DNA of 63,472 nt, the filler included, from Welwitschia mirabilis (taxonomy: Eukaryota), in the NCBI GenBank assembly GCA_051453625.1. It is 6 parts of one record of this genome, joined end to end, with 100 filler letters (N's around TTAATTAATTAA, not from the genome) between each part and the next. Parts side by side here need not be neighbours in the genome. Positions count along the whole stretch, not along the records: positions 16,683 to 30,540 come from JBOZIK010000001.1; positions 30,641 to 44,679 come from JBOZIK010000001.1; 4 more parts are not named here. One strand, 5' to 3'. Each line of letters begins with the position of its first letter. Within the stretch, counting starts at the first letter, position 1. Position numbers and translations under genes: made by a program. Shown one piece after another: positions 26,581 to 38,759 of this stretch. The notes under the pieces were generated by a model that saw nothing but the letters and a program-made list of their open reading frames with translations, ran no database searches and had not been told where the DNA came from.

Positions 26581-29500
26581 GTGTCTTCATGGTTATTTTT
26601 CTTCTCTTCTTTATCATTGATATAAAAAGAGGGAGAAATAATTAGTTATTATTTAGCTTGTTTAGTTGTATTCGCTCTTAATGAGTAATTTTCTATTGTA
26701 ATGTAAATTTTCAATAATAGAACTACACTTTGTTATCATTTCTATCTCATATTTTTATGCCAATGCATTTAATCATGAACTATATTTTTGTTATATCTTA
26801 TGGCTATTAAATAATTCTTAAGCAAAATGTTTTTGTCACATATATTTTGGATTTTACTTGCATTACAAATTGTACTAAAAATTATTTTAATTATGAAATA
26901 AGTTAGAAACTCTCTAAAAATGTATTATTTGATATAAAATATTCAATATCTCTTGAAAATTTAGTGGGCATTTTTTAAGAGGANNNNNNNNNNNNNNNNN
27001 NNNNNNNNNNNNNNNNNNNNNNNNNNNNNNNNNNNNNNNNNNNNNNNNNNNNNNNNNNNNNNNNNNNNNNNNNNNNNNNNNNNGTTTTCATGCTTATTTT
27101 TCTTCTCTTCTTTATCAGTGATATAAAAAGAGGGATAAATAATTAGTTGTTGTTTAGATTTATTTAGTTGTATTTTCTCTTGATGAACAATTTTCTATTG
27201 TAATGCTAAATTTTCAATAATAGAACTACACTTTGTTATCATTTCTATCTCACATTTTGGTGCACATGCATTTAATCATGAAATATATTTTTGTTATATC
27301 TTATGACGATTAAATAATTCTTGAGCAAAATGTTTTTACAACATATATTTTGGATTTTACTTACCTTACAAATTATATTACAAATTATTTTAATTATGAC
27401 ATAAGTTAAAAAATATCTAAAAATATCTTATTTGACATAAAATATTCAATATCTCTTGAAAATTTAATGGGCATTTTTTTAAGAGGAGCTTTTCCAAATT
27501 TAATATTCTCAACTAAATATAAGTTTGCCATCAATGTCAAAGGGGTATAAAATATTGATCATTTCAGGTTAAAAGATGAAACAATTTATCACAATTTTAA
27601 TTTGAGCATCTAATACTTCACAGTTGATCATTAAAGAATCGACTGGATTCCTGAGGGATCAACTAGACCTAAGCATCTAATACTTCACAATTCATCATCA
27701 AGGGGTTGACCGAATTCCTGAGGGGTTCACCAAACTTGAGCATCAAATCTTTCATAATTGATCACCAAGGGGCCGACCAAATTCCTAAGGATTCGAGTGG
27801 ATCTAAAGTGATGTTTTCACCCTTTTTTAGCAAAGGGTCGATTAGACATTTATAGAGTTAACTAGACCTAGAGCAAAAAATAGTTGCAATTNNNNNNNNN
27901 NGTAGGTAACTGGAATAGTAGTTGACCAAACCCTGATGGTTTGACTAAACATCGAATTGTAAGAAACAGGGGCTGACTAGAAGAACATGAGGTCAACTGA
28001 TTTCAGTAACGGTACCAAAGGGGGTCAGTTGGATATTTCAAGGATTCAATCGGTCATGATGAAAATGGGATTTTTATAACTATTAAGAACCCATATTTAT
28101 CTATTGGAAGATGTTTTTGACTTGTAAAAATCCTAAAAGNNNNNNNNNNNNNNNNNNNNNNNNNNNNNNNNNNNNNNNNNNNNNNNNNNNNNNNNNNNNN
28201 NNNNNNNNNNNNNNNNNNNNNNNNNNNNNNNNNNNNNNNCATCAATATCAAAGGGGTAGAAAATATTGATTATTATAGGTTAGAAGATGAAACAATTTGT
28301 CAAAATTTGAATTTGAGCATCTAATACTTCACAGCTAATTATGAAAGGGTTAATTAGATTCCTGAGGGGTCGACTGGACCTAAGTATCTAATACTTCATA
28401 ATCCATCATCAAGGGGTTGACCGAATTCCTGAGGGGTTCACTATACTTGAGCATTAAATCTTTTACACTTGATCACAAAGGTGCCAATTGNNNNNNNNNN
28501 NNNNNNNNNNNNNNNNNNNNNNNNNNNNNNNNNNNNNNNNNNNNNNNNNNNNNNNNNNNNNNNNNNNNNNNNNNNNNNNNNNNNNNNNNNNNNNNNNNNN
28601 NNNNNNNNNNNNNNNNNNNNNNNNNNNNNNNNNNNNNNNNNNNNNNNNNNNNNNNNNNNNNNNNNNNNNNNNNNNNNNNNNNNNNNNNNNNNNNNNNNNN
28701 NNNNNNNNNNNNNNNNNNNNNNNNNNNNNNNNNNNNNNNNNNNNNNNNNNNNNNNNNNNNNNNNNNNNNNNNNNNNNNNNNNNNNNNNNNNNNNNNNNNN
28801 NNNNNNNNNNNNNNNNNNNNNNNNNNNNNNNNNNNNNNNNNNNNNNNNNNNNNNNNNNNNNNNNNNNNNNNNNNNNNNNCTATATATTTGCTAAGAGTAA
28901 AAATCACTATACTACTTTGAATCTTTGTGAGATCATTTGTTGTACTCATTAGCATTTTCTCTACCCAACCAAAGATGAACCAAGAGTTGTTACTACCATT
29001 GTGTACTGAATCAATTCAAATGCACTATACACTTTTGGACTATACCATCTTCTCAAGTCGTGTAGCAATACTATTATTGAGGTAGAGATTGGGTAAAGCC
29101 TATGTATTTTAATACNNNNNNNNNNNNNNNNNNNNNNNNNNNNNNNNNNNNNNNNNNNNNNNNNNNNNNNNNNNNNNNNNNNNNNNNNNNNNNNNNNNNN
29201 NNNNNNNNNNNNNNNTGATCAAGTCAAATGCACTATACACTTGTGGATTGTACTATCTTCTCAAGTAGTATAGCAATACTATTATTGAGTTAGAGATTGG
29301 GTGAAGCCTGTGTATTTTAATATACAATGTTACTAGTTCACATTTTTGCTAAAGATTAAAGCTAAGACTAAAAAAAGTCTGATTGTAAAGGTTATAGGTG
29401 TACTTGAAATACCTAAAAAGAGAGATTAACAAAAAAAAGATCAGGCTTAAAGTAGCGGGTTTCCTGAGATATTATAAATCTTATGTGCATCCTCTTTGAT

Positions 29501-29655
29501 ATTTTTGTGCTTTCTGTTCTTTATTTTTCAGAATTATTTTAGTTTTACTTGCATAAGTATTTTAGTATTTATTTTGAGTAATGATATTTTATGAAGTTAT
29601 TCAATCATTTTTTAAATCCTATTCACACCTTCCTTCTAGGGTTCTCAATCCCATA
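26581..29655 (+). mobile_element. 3' end of a second Sirevirus element (multi-PPT region and 3' LTR ~27553-29655), with several gap-flanking duplicated segments
   Basis: 26581-26980 aligns with 1160-1605. PPT-like AAAAAGAGGGAGAAA (~26624) and TCAAAGGGG (~27537). LTR end CCTATTCACACCTTCCTTCTAGG at ~29620-29640. Confidence 0.82.
27604..27800 (+). repeat. Three 67-bp tandem units with GGGGTCGAC-type palindromes inside the Sirevirus LTR
   Basis: RAGCATC unit starts at 27604, 27671 and 27738; repeated again at ~28315-28490. Confidence 0.85.
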
Positions 29656-30540
29656 GATTGGCTTTGATGGAAATGGGATTTTTTTAGCCATTTTACCTTT
29701 CATTTTTATCTCTTAGAGGATTTATTCCACTTGTAAAACCCTAAAACATTATCCTATATATTTTTCAACCATAAAAATAATTGTAGAACGTTTTTGGCAT
29801 ATATTTTGTTGACTAAAGATGAACAAACATCTTTTGTTATCATCTATACTTGGTTAATTAGTTTGCACTGTATGTTTGTAAATTGTACTATCATCTCAAG
29901 TAGTGTAGCAATATTATTGTTATGCTTCAGATCAAGTGGAACCTATGCATCATGGCATATCACTCTAAAGATTAAGACTAAGCCTTAGAAAAGTTCAATT
30001 ATAAAAGGTTACAAGTTATCTAATATTATTTGGAAAGTAATTAACAAAGATCCAGATCAAGCTTGAGTAGAATCTGATTACTTAGAATGGAGTAGGGGGG
30101 TTCCCAAACCACTATAAATCCTGTGTTAATATCTCTTTGTATTTTTTAATTTCAANNNNNNNNNNNNNNNNNNNNNNNNNNNNNNNNNNNNNNNNNNNNN
30201 NNNNNNNNNNNNNNNNNNNNNNNNNNNNNNNNNNNNNNNNNNNNNNNNNNNNNNNGAGAAAATTTCAATTATAAAAGGTTACAGGTGATCCTATAATATT
30301 TGAAAAGTGATTAACAAAGATCCAGATTAGGCTTGAGTAGAAATTGATCACTTAGAATGGAGTAGGGGGTTTCCCAAACCACTATAAATCATGTGTTAAT
30401 ATCCCTTGGTATTTTTTAATTTCAATTGTTTATGTTCAAATTATTTTGGATTTTTTTTGCATAAATATTTTATTATTTAATACTTATAGAAATAGCTTGT
30501 AAATTTATTTATTTATTTTTTAAATCATATTCACACCCTC
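29656..30540 (+). repeat. 3' half of another related Sirevirus LTR
   Basis: Starts GATTGGCTTTGATGGAAATGGGATT (cf. GACTGGTCTTAATAGAAATAGGATT at ~2261) and ends TATTCACACCCTC at the spacer. Confidence 0.75.
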
Positions 30541-30640
30541 NNNNNNNNNNNNNNNNNNNNNNNNNNNNNNNNNNNNNNNNNNNNTTAATTAATTAANNNN
30601 NNNNNNNNNNNNNNNNNNNNNNNNNNNNNNNNNNNNNNNN
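30541..30640. other. Artificial scaffold spacer
   Basis: N44-TTAATTAATTAA-N44. Confidence 0.97.
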
Positions 30641-33600
30641 AGACTACTTATGTCACTTAACTACTAAGGTAAACACACTTATAAGCATACACATTCAAAG
30701 CAAGCTAAGGAAAAAGGGGTAAAAGACTTATTTCTATAATTAAATACTAGTTATAAATAAATTAACTTAAATATACTATTAGAAACATATTTTATGTACT
30801 CAATTTTCCTATAAAATTTTGTGTAATAATTTTTCTATAATTTTAAACATTAATTATAACATTTTTAAATTTAGGAAGCCATCAAAATTAAAAACTAATA
30901 CTTAATTAATTATGAATAAAAAAATTAAATTATAGTAGTTTTTCAAAAATTAGACACATAATAGGTTTCTTATAATCTAACTTCAACTATTTTGGAATTA
31001 TAAAAGTATTATTTCTAACTTTATCATTTAAGGCTTAAAACTGGCAAATTTTTTAAAAGTGTAGTCCTACACCCTATACTAAATGACCATGAATTTCAAT
31101 ATACTTTGATTTTTTAAATGATTCAAGATGTTTAAAAAAGCTTATTAAAGTTCCTATCACATAGGATAATCAAGTTTGCAAATATCTTCATAGGTAGGTA
31201 CAGAAACATAAATGGCTTGCTTACTATTTTTTGCATTTATTTTATGATGTATTTTAATAAATAAATATTTTAAAAATAATTACTCATCATAAAAGTTAAT
31301 GTTTTTACATTTTTCCATTTGTAACACAATCCTAGACTAACAAATTTTTTTTAACTAATTTATATCTATTAATTAATATGATNNNNNNNNNNNNNNNNNN
31401 NNNNNNNNNNNNNNNNNNNNNNNNNNNNNNNNNNNNNNNNNNNNNNNNNNNNNNNNNNNNNNNNNNNNNNNNNNNNNNNNNNCTATCTTTATCATTTAAG
31501 GCTAAAAACTACCAAATTTTCTAAAAATATAGTCCTACACCCTACACTAAAATGATCATGACTTTCAATATACTTTGAATTTTTAAATGATTCAAGATGT
31601 TTTAAAAATCTTATTAAATTTCCTATCACTTAGGATACGCAAGTTTGCAAATATCTTCATAGGTAGGTACATAAACATAAATGACTTACTTACTATTTTT
31701 TGCATTTATTTTCTAATGTATTTTAATAAATAAATATTTTAAAAATAATATTTTAAAAATAATTACTCATCACAAAATTTACTATTTTTACATTTTTTAA
31801 TTTGTAACACAATCCTAGACTAACAAATTTTTTTTACTAATTTATACCCATTAATTAATATGATATAATGTTTTTATACTATGCCTCTATTCTAGAAATT
31901 TAATTTTCACCATAACAAAAATATGATAGAGTTTCTATAACTACTTAAGCAATAAATCAGATTAGCAAGATAATGTATATACTAATTAATTATTTATGAA
32001 AAGATAAATTAATTATTAAAAAGGAATCATNNNNNNNNNNNNNNNNNNNNNNNNNNNNNNNNNNNNNNNNNNNNNNNNNNNNNNNNNNNNNNNNNNNNNN
32101 NNNNNNNNNNNNNNNNNNNNNNNNNNNNNCTTTGCCCCTAATAAGATGGTCTTAATGCATAATAGATAAACATAAATATAATACTAAATAAACATGGGCA
32201 CCAAGATCTATTGTTTTAATATTTAATAGTAAAACCCCCAATCCCTTGGTCATAATCATCTATTAGTGGTCCACCATCATCAAGCACAAAAGACCCCCTT
32301 ATATCTCACTATAATGTCCTAGTGGAAGTCAATTAGAGAGGACAATATTTTATAATAAATTGTATAAGAGCTATAAATAGTTCTATAATGAAATATAACA
32401 TCATTCTAATAGAAAAGGAAGATCATATGGACAATAAGAGTAAGAAGCTTACTTGGAGAGATTAATAAGACCTTGCTAGTTGAAGATGATGAAGATCCAA
32501 ACTCAAAAGTTCCTTAGCTTTAAGCTTCTAAGATTTTAATTTTTAAGCTTCCAATTCTAAGATCTACAACAGAGAGAGAGAGAGAGAGCGAGAGAGAGAG
32601 CGAGAGAGAGAGAGAGAGAGAAATGAAATGCACTTATAAGAAACAAAAGAAAAGTATTTCCTTTTTATAAGAGAGGAAAGGATCTCTATATATACAAAAA
32701 TAAAGGAACATAGCTCAAGATCACAAGATCATATGATTTGGTATTAATAAGTGGGATGAATAATAAGTAACATTAGAGTACACAAAGAGATCATNNNNNN
32801 NNNNNNNNNNNNNNNNNNNNNNNNNNNNNNNNNNNNNNNNNNNNNNNNNNNNNNNNNNNNNNNNNNNNNNNNNNNNNNNNNNNNNNNNNNNNNNAAATGC
32901 ACTTATAAGAAACAAAAGAAAAGTATTTCCTTTTTACAAGAGAGGAAAGTATCTCTATATATAGACAAACAAAGGCACATAGTTCAAGATCACAAGATCA
33001 TATGATTTGGTATTAATAAGTGGGATGAATAATAAGTAACATTAGAGTACACAAAGAAATCATATTTATAACTTATGTAGCTAACTAGGGTGAGTAATCT
33101 TCTTGCTTTAATTAGCAAGTTTAATTATATGCATCATTTCCTCATGATAGATGTTTTTAATCCTTCATAGGCTCATAAGTAAGTTTAATTCATCCAAAGA
33201 CATGCATAAAAATAATAAATTTATAAATCTCAAATTTATCATATGGCACAATAACAAAAACTCTTCAATTCCAATGAACAAAGCAATGAGTATGCTATGA
33301 CTAAAATGTCCTTACACATCTCAAGGACACAGAAGTTATGGTAGAGTAAATTTACTCATTTAACATTATTGGCTCTAGGTAAGAGTGCATTTACTTGTTT
33401 AAATGCTCATTTATATGTCAATCATATAACACAAGTAAGAAAACATTTATTCATAATATAGTACACATATCACATTTACCAAGTATATAAATGAGTAAAT
33501 AAGATGTAAAATATATTATTATGTCCTCTTAAAACTTCTAATTTATTACTTTTATCATGTGATTTTAATTTATTACATAATGGAACTCTATAATTTTAAA

Positions 33601-33787
33601 TGTTTGGATCAATTTTCTCATAAAATATTTTAACATAATTTTTATCACTTGCATAGTAAATTATAAAGATTACAAACTAAGGTTAATTTTAAAATGACAT
33701 ATTATTTGATAAGGAACTTAAATATAAATAATTATTCATTTTACTAAAGGTTTAACATATTTATTATTCAAGTAAATAAGGTTTACA
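30641..33787 (-). mobile_element. Possible long LTR fragment (Tekay/Del-like?)
   Basis: Non-coding, very AT-rich, contains a GA microsatellite beside a TATA-like region and ends in GGTTTACA (reverse complement TGTAAACC) at 33787, where composition changes. No PBS or PPT seen. Confidence 0.35.
32571..32621. repeat. (AG)n microsatellite with two CG interruptions
   Basis: Directly visible. Confidence 0.97.
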
Positions 33788-33789
33788 AA

Positions 33790-35520
33790 ATATGGAATAT
33801 GACAAACACCCAATTGGAATTGTACAATAAGCATGAGGCAGTGTATGCAATACACACTCTTTAAACATCAAGAGATACTTTTCCAACTATTAGTTTATAT
33901 TACTCTAGGGAAGAAGATCTTGTAACCTCAACATTTTTTGGATATTCATGGAAGAATCCATTAGTGAGATTACCAACTGTCAATGTTCTTGGCCTCTCTT
34001 CCTTCTTTTTTATCACTTTCTCCTTCTTTGTTCTCCTCATCTTTAGATTACCTTTTGAATCTATCCTTCCAAAAAATTATGGTGAATGCTAGTTAAGTTG
34101 TTGTATTCTTTTTCTTTTTTTTTGTTTCTTTTCTCTCTTAAACATAGACCTTTCTATGTTTCTTCACCTCTCGTGCTTTGCTTTTACAAAGTTCTAGGAT
34201 CTTTATCATCTTTTTGATGTAGATATTTGATTCTCTTTTTTAATTTAAATTAAGCGTTACCTCCTTTTTGAGCTCTACCCCTTATTTTGTCTAGCCTCCT
34301 TGAATCCTAGCCTATCCTCCTATTTCTTAGTCTGTAATTTCCTTCTTTCTTATTTATGTTTCACTTTTTTTATCCCCTTTTTTACCTAGTGCTTTTTTTC
34401 TATTTTCTTTTGACTTAGTCTTCGTGTAGCTACTTGCTTCCTTCTCTTTCTATTACCCCTATTTTTGAGGTACTCTTCATCTTCTATGCTTCATCTTTCA
34501 TGAGTGCTTTTTTTTTCCCATCTTCTTACTGGCTTTTTCCTTTCTATATTATTAATTGTTTGAGTTTCTTTGATATTTTCTCTTCATGTCATCTTATGTC
34601 CCCTTTGTTATGACATTGCACTTATCCCTAATCTATTTCCTTACATTCCCTTTCTTTATTTTTTTATCATTATTTATTGTTGATTTGGCTTCTTTTTGTC
34701 TAGCTATCCTCCTTTTTCACTATTGCCTTTTCCATAGTGTTCTTATTTCTATCCTCTTTGATTATCCTTCTTCTTAGTGTCCTCTGTTTTCTATGATTTT
34801 TTCTTCTTGTTGTAGCATGCCTCTTCTTATAGTCCTTCTTTTAACTATTGCTCATTTAATACAATGAACCAAATTTAAAATAAGTTGATACTCAGTATTA
34901 CTCTCTTTACAAGGATAATTAAGGTAGGTTTATAGAAATCACACAACTTTTGCTTGACTTACAAGTTTCAATTAAAGAAAGGAAAAAATAAAGAGAATTA
35001 AAAATGTCATTTTGAAACTTCATTGGAAAGGTAAGAAAGCAAGAAAATTTCAAGTTTTCACTTGACTTGTCCACCAGTGATTTTTTCACTCTAATGATAT
35101 CTTACACTTTTTATAAAACATACATCAAACTAGCAAGTAATGATAGCTCCAATCATGATGACATAATTTCATTTACCATCTAAATATTGATGAACTTAAT
35201 AGCCATTTGATCCTTCACAGCCTTAAAATAAGAATGAATAGTAAGGACCTAAGGTACTCAAAATTCATTAAATTAAAGAATACTAAATCAATTAACTATA
35301 AAATCCACTCAAATGATAATAAAATTTTATAGTAAAGTTTCTAGTTAAGAATTAAAAGAACAAAGTGATTTGCAACTTAGAATCAAAAGAAGACAACTAT
35401 TATGTATTAAATCAATAAAGGCACATTACATTAAAGGAAGAAGAATGCCAAAAAGGAATCCTTAAGCTATCCTTAAAGTAAACTTACTCTCCAAAGAAAG
35501 CACTTAAAATGTCATGTTGT
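33790..35520 (-). pseudogene. Possible decayed ORF with a long K/E/R-rich region, downstream of the integrase at 38760-40400
   Basis: Strong pyrimidine skew on the + strand (34000-34850); codon-like minus-strand translation (YFKAVKDQMAIKFINI*MVNEIMSS*LELSLLASLMYVL). No family recognised. Confidence 0.3.
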
Positions 35521-38500
35521 TTGATACTTCAAAGATTCTATTCTTTTACCAAAATGAAGGATGTTACAAATGAGGGCACAAGGCTCTTTTATAAGTCAGC
35601 AGGAGATGATGGGTGGTTACAAACATTTGGCTTTTAGCATTAAGTGACTGATTATAAAATATAGTATGTAAAATTTTGTCATCTCACATTAGGTAGAAAT
35701 CATCATAAGAATCCTAGCACTTGGCTTCTAGATGTTATTACTTCTATCAACAAATGATGCTACCATTTTTTCCACCATCATCCTACTCAGCATTACCACA
35801 TGTTGCTACTACATATTATCATTACCACCACATGTTATAAAAGGTACTTGTTATTTCTGATGTAAAATTTAATTAAGTTCATAATTACATTCAGCTAAAT
35901 TTTACATGACAAGTTAGGAACATGAGTCTTTAAGTGTTCTACTTAGAAGAATCAGTGGTGATAGTGACATGGATAGTGGTCCTAGCATTTAAGATTGAAT
36001 GATATTAACTTTTACAATGTTCTTCTGAGTGAGATAGCTATTTTGCAAATGTCATAAGAAAATGATGGGTCTGTGATTATTATAAAAAAGTAATAGAAGA
36101 CTTTTTTTATGATAAATTAGTTATATTAATATCTTTCATTAAGATAAATTGATCACATAACTTGACTAGAATGTCAAATTTTACATGTTAACACACCTTC
36201 TAACCATACTTTTGCTAGATCCTTAACAAAAAAAGTTGATAATGAAATGATTAACATATGAAAATTATCTAAGGGAAAATACTTAAGTACAAAAAATGAT
36301 ATATCTTTGAAAACTTTATGATCAATTTTCTAAAATTAAGGCATTAAAATTTAAAAATTCTATGACAAAATAGATTTCATATCCTCTAAATAAAACTAAA
36401 ATTTTTCTTCAAAGTTTTATGATAGAAAGTATTAATTAGNNNNNNNNNNNNNNNNNNNNNNNNNNNNNNNNNNNNNNNNNNNNNNNNNNNNNNNNNNNNN
36501 NNNNNNNNNNNNNNNNNNNNNNNNNNNNNNNNNNNNNNNGATGATGGGTGGTTACAAATCTTTGGCTTCTAGCATTAAGTGACTGATTATAAAATATGGT
36601 ATGTAACATTTTGTCATCTTTCATTAGGTAGAAATCATCATAAGGAGCCCAACACTTGGCTTCTAGATGTTGTTAGTTCTATCAACAAATGATGCTACCA
36701 TTTTTTTCCACCATCATCTTACTTAGCATTATCACATGTTGCTACTACATGTTATCATTACCACCACATGTCATAAAAGGTACTTGTTATTTCTGATCTG
36801 AAATTTGATTAAGTCTATAATTGCATTCAGCTAAATTTTACATGACAAGTTAGGAACATGACTCTTTAAGTGTTCTGCTTAGAAGAATCAGTGGTGCCAG
36901 TGACATGGACAATGGTCCTAGCATTTAAGACTGAATGATATTAACTTTTATAATATTCTTCTAAGTAAGGTAGTTATTTTACAAATGTCATGAGAAAATG
37001 ATAAATCTGTGATTATTATTAAAAAGTAATAGAAGACATTTTTTATGATAAATTAGTTATATTAATATCTTTCATTAAGATAAATTGATCAAATAACTTG
37101 ACTAGAATGTCAAATTTTACATGTTAACACACCTTCTAATCATACTTTTGCAAGATCCTTAGCAAAAAAAGAGTTGATAATGAAATGATTAACATATGAA
37201 AATTGTCTAGGGGAAAACACTCAAGTACAAAAAAAATGATATATCTTTGAACACTTTATGATCAATTTTCTAAAATCAAGGCATCAAAATTTAAAAATTC
37301 TATGAAAAATGGATGTCATATACTCTAAACAAAACTAAACTTTTTCTTCAAAGTTTTATGATAGAAAGTATTAATGAGCATAGCCTTAGAAAGATTTTAG
37401 CAAGTCCTTTTATTAAAGGAAAAAGATGCAGAGAAATGCAACTAAGCTATGAAATAAAACTACCTAATGCGAGACTTTTATTTTTCATGAATAAGTAAAA
37501 ACTCAATCCATAAAAATAGTTTATGCCTTATGATGGATGATGTGAAATGGGTGATGGAGATGAAGAATGAAAATATGATAAAGGAATTGACCACACAACC
37601 AATGAATAAAGGAGATAACCTACTTAAGTCAATAGCCTTTATTATATTTTTGTGATTTTTAATGGATTTCAATATTAAATGAGTGTAGAATCGATCAAGT
37701 AACTTATAATTATTTAATATATTACAATAAATCTTAAGTATAAATGTTAAATAATAATAAAACTCAAAATTCCTCTAATTTCCACTTTTTTTCCCTTTAT
37801 TTTCATTTTCTTCCAACATATATATGTTCTTAGTTTTAATTTTTTNNNNNNNNNNNNNNNNNNNNNNNNNNNNNNNNNNNNNNNNNNNNNNNNNNNNNNN
37901 NNNNNNNNNNNNNNNNNNNNNNNNNNNNNNNNNNNNNNNNNNNNNACTTATAAGTATTCAATATATTACAATAAATCTTAAGTATAAATGTTAAAAGATA
38001 ATAAAACTCAAAATGCCTCTAATTTCCACTTTTTTCTCCTTTATTTTCCTTTTCTTTCAACATATATATGTTTTTATTTTTAATCTTTTGAATTACATTG
38101 AACATCTAGTGTTATGACATTTTCTTCTAATAAAGTTAAGCACATTGCTTTGTGAAAATTTAGTGTTTCATTGCCATTAAGTATTTATAACCCTAACGCA
38201 GTTGATTATGTTATAATTAGATCATTATAGCTACATTGTAAGTGAGCATCCATAGCCCTGTTGTAGTTAACTAAATCCAATTAATGAATAAGGAGATGTA
38301 TATTTAAGAAAAGACGCTATTATTTTTTTCTTTTATCTATATTCTCATATTCGTTTTTTAATGCACATTAGAAGGGTCATTAGCTCATTAGTATGATTAA
38401 AAAAATCCTATTCCCATTAAAAGCTTTTGAACATAAGGGATGTAGTATGAGGTAGGTTCCACCTTTTCAGCCATGTTTCACTAAAATCAAAGACCTTGAG

Positions 38501-38759
38501 AAAATAGACTTTGACAATTAGACTCAAAATAGACATAACCTTTCCTTAAAAATCTGTAAGTATACTTAACTATAACTATGACTTAAGTGATAACAAAATT
38601 GCTTATTATTGATTTTATTAGAGACCATTAACTTAGTCTTGTAAGTCTCATAAATTCATAAGGCGATGGAAGGGATGGATGATAATGTTTAAGGTGATGT
38701 TCATTGACTTTGAATTGTTGGTAATTTTTAGTAATTTTAATGAGAAACACATCATTGGA

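Noticed and set aside
27604-27800. Regularly spaced repeats resembling a CRISPR array
   Set aside because: Whole 67-bp units are homologous with no unique spacers, there are no cas genes, and they lie inside a plant LTR.
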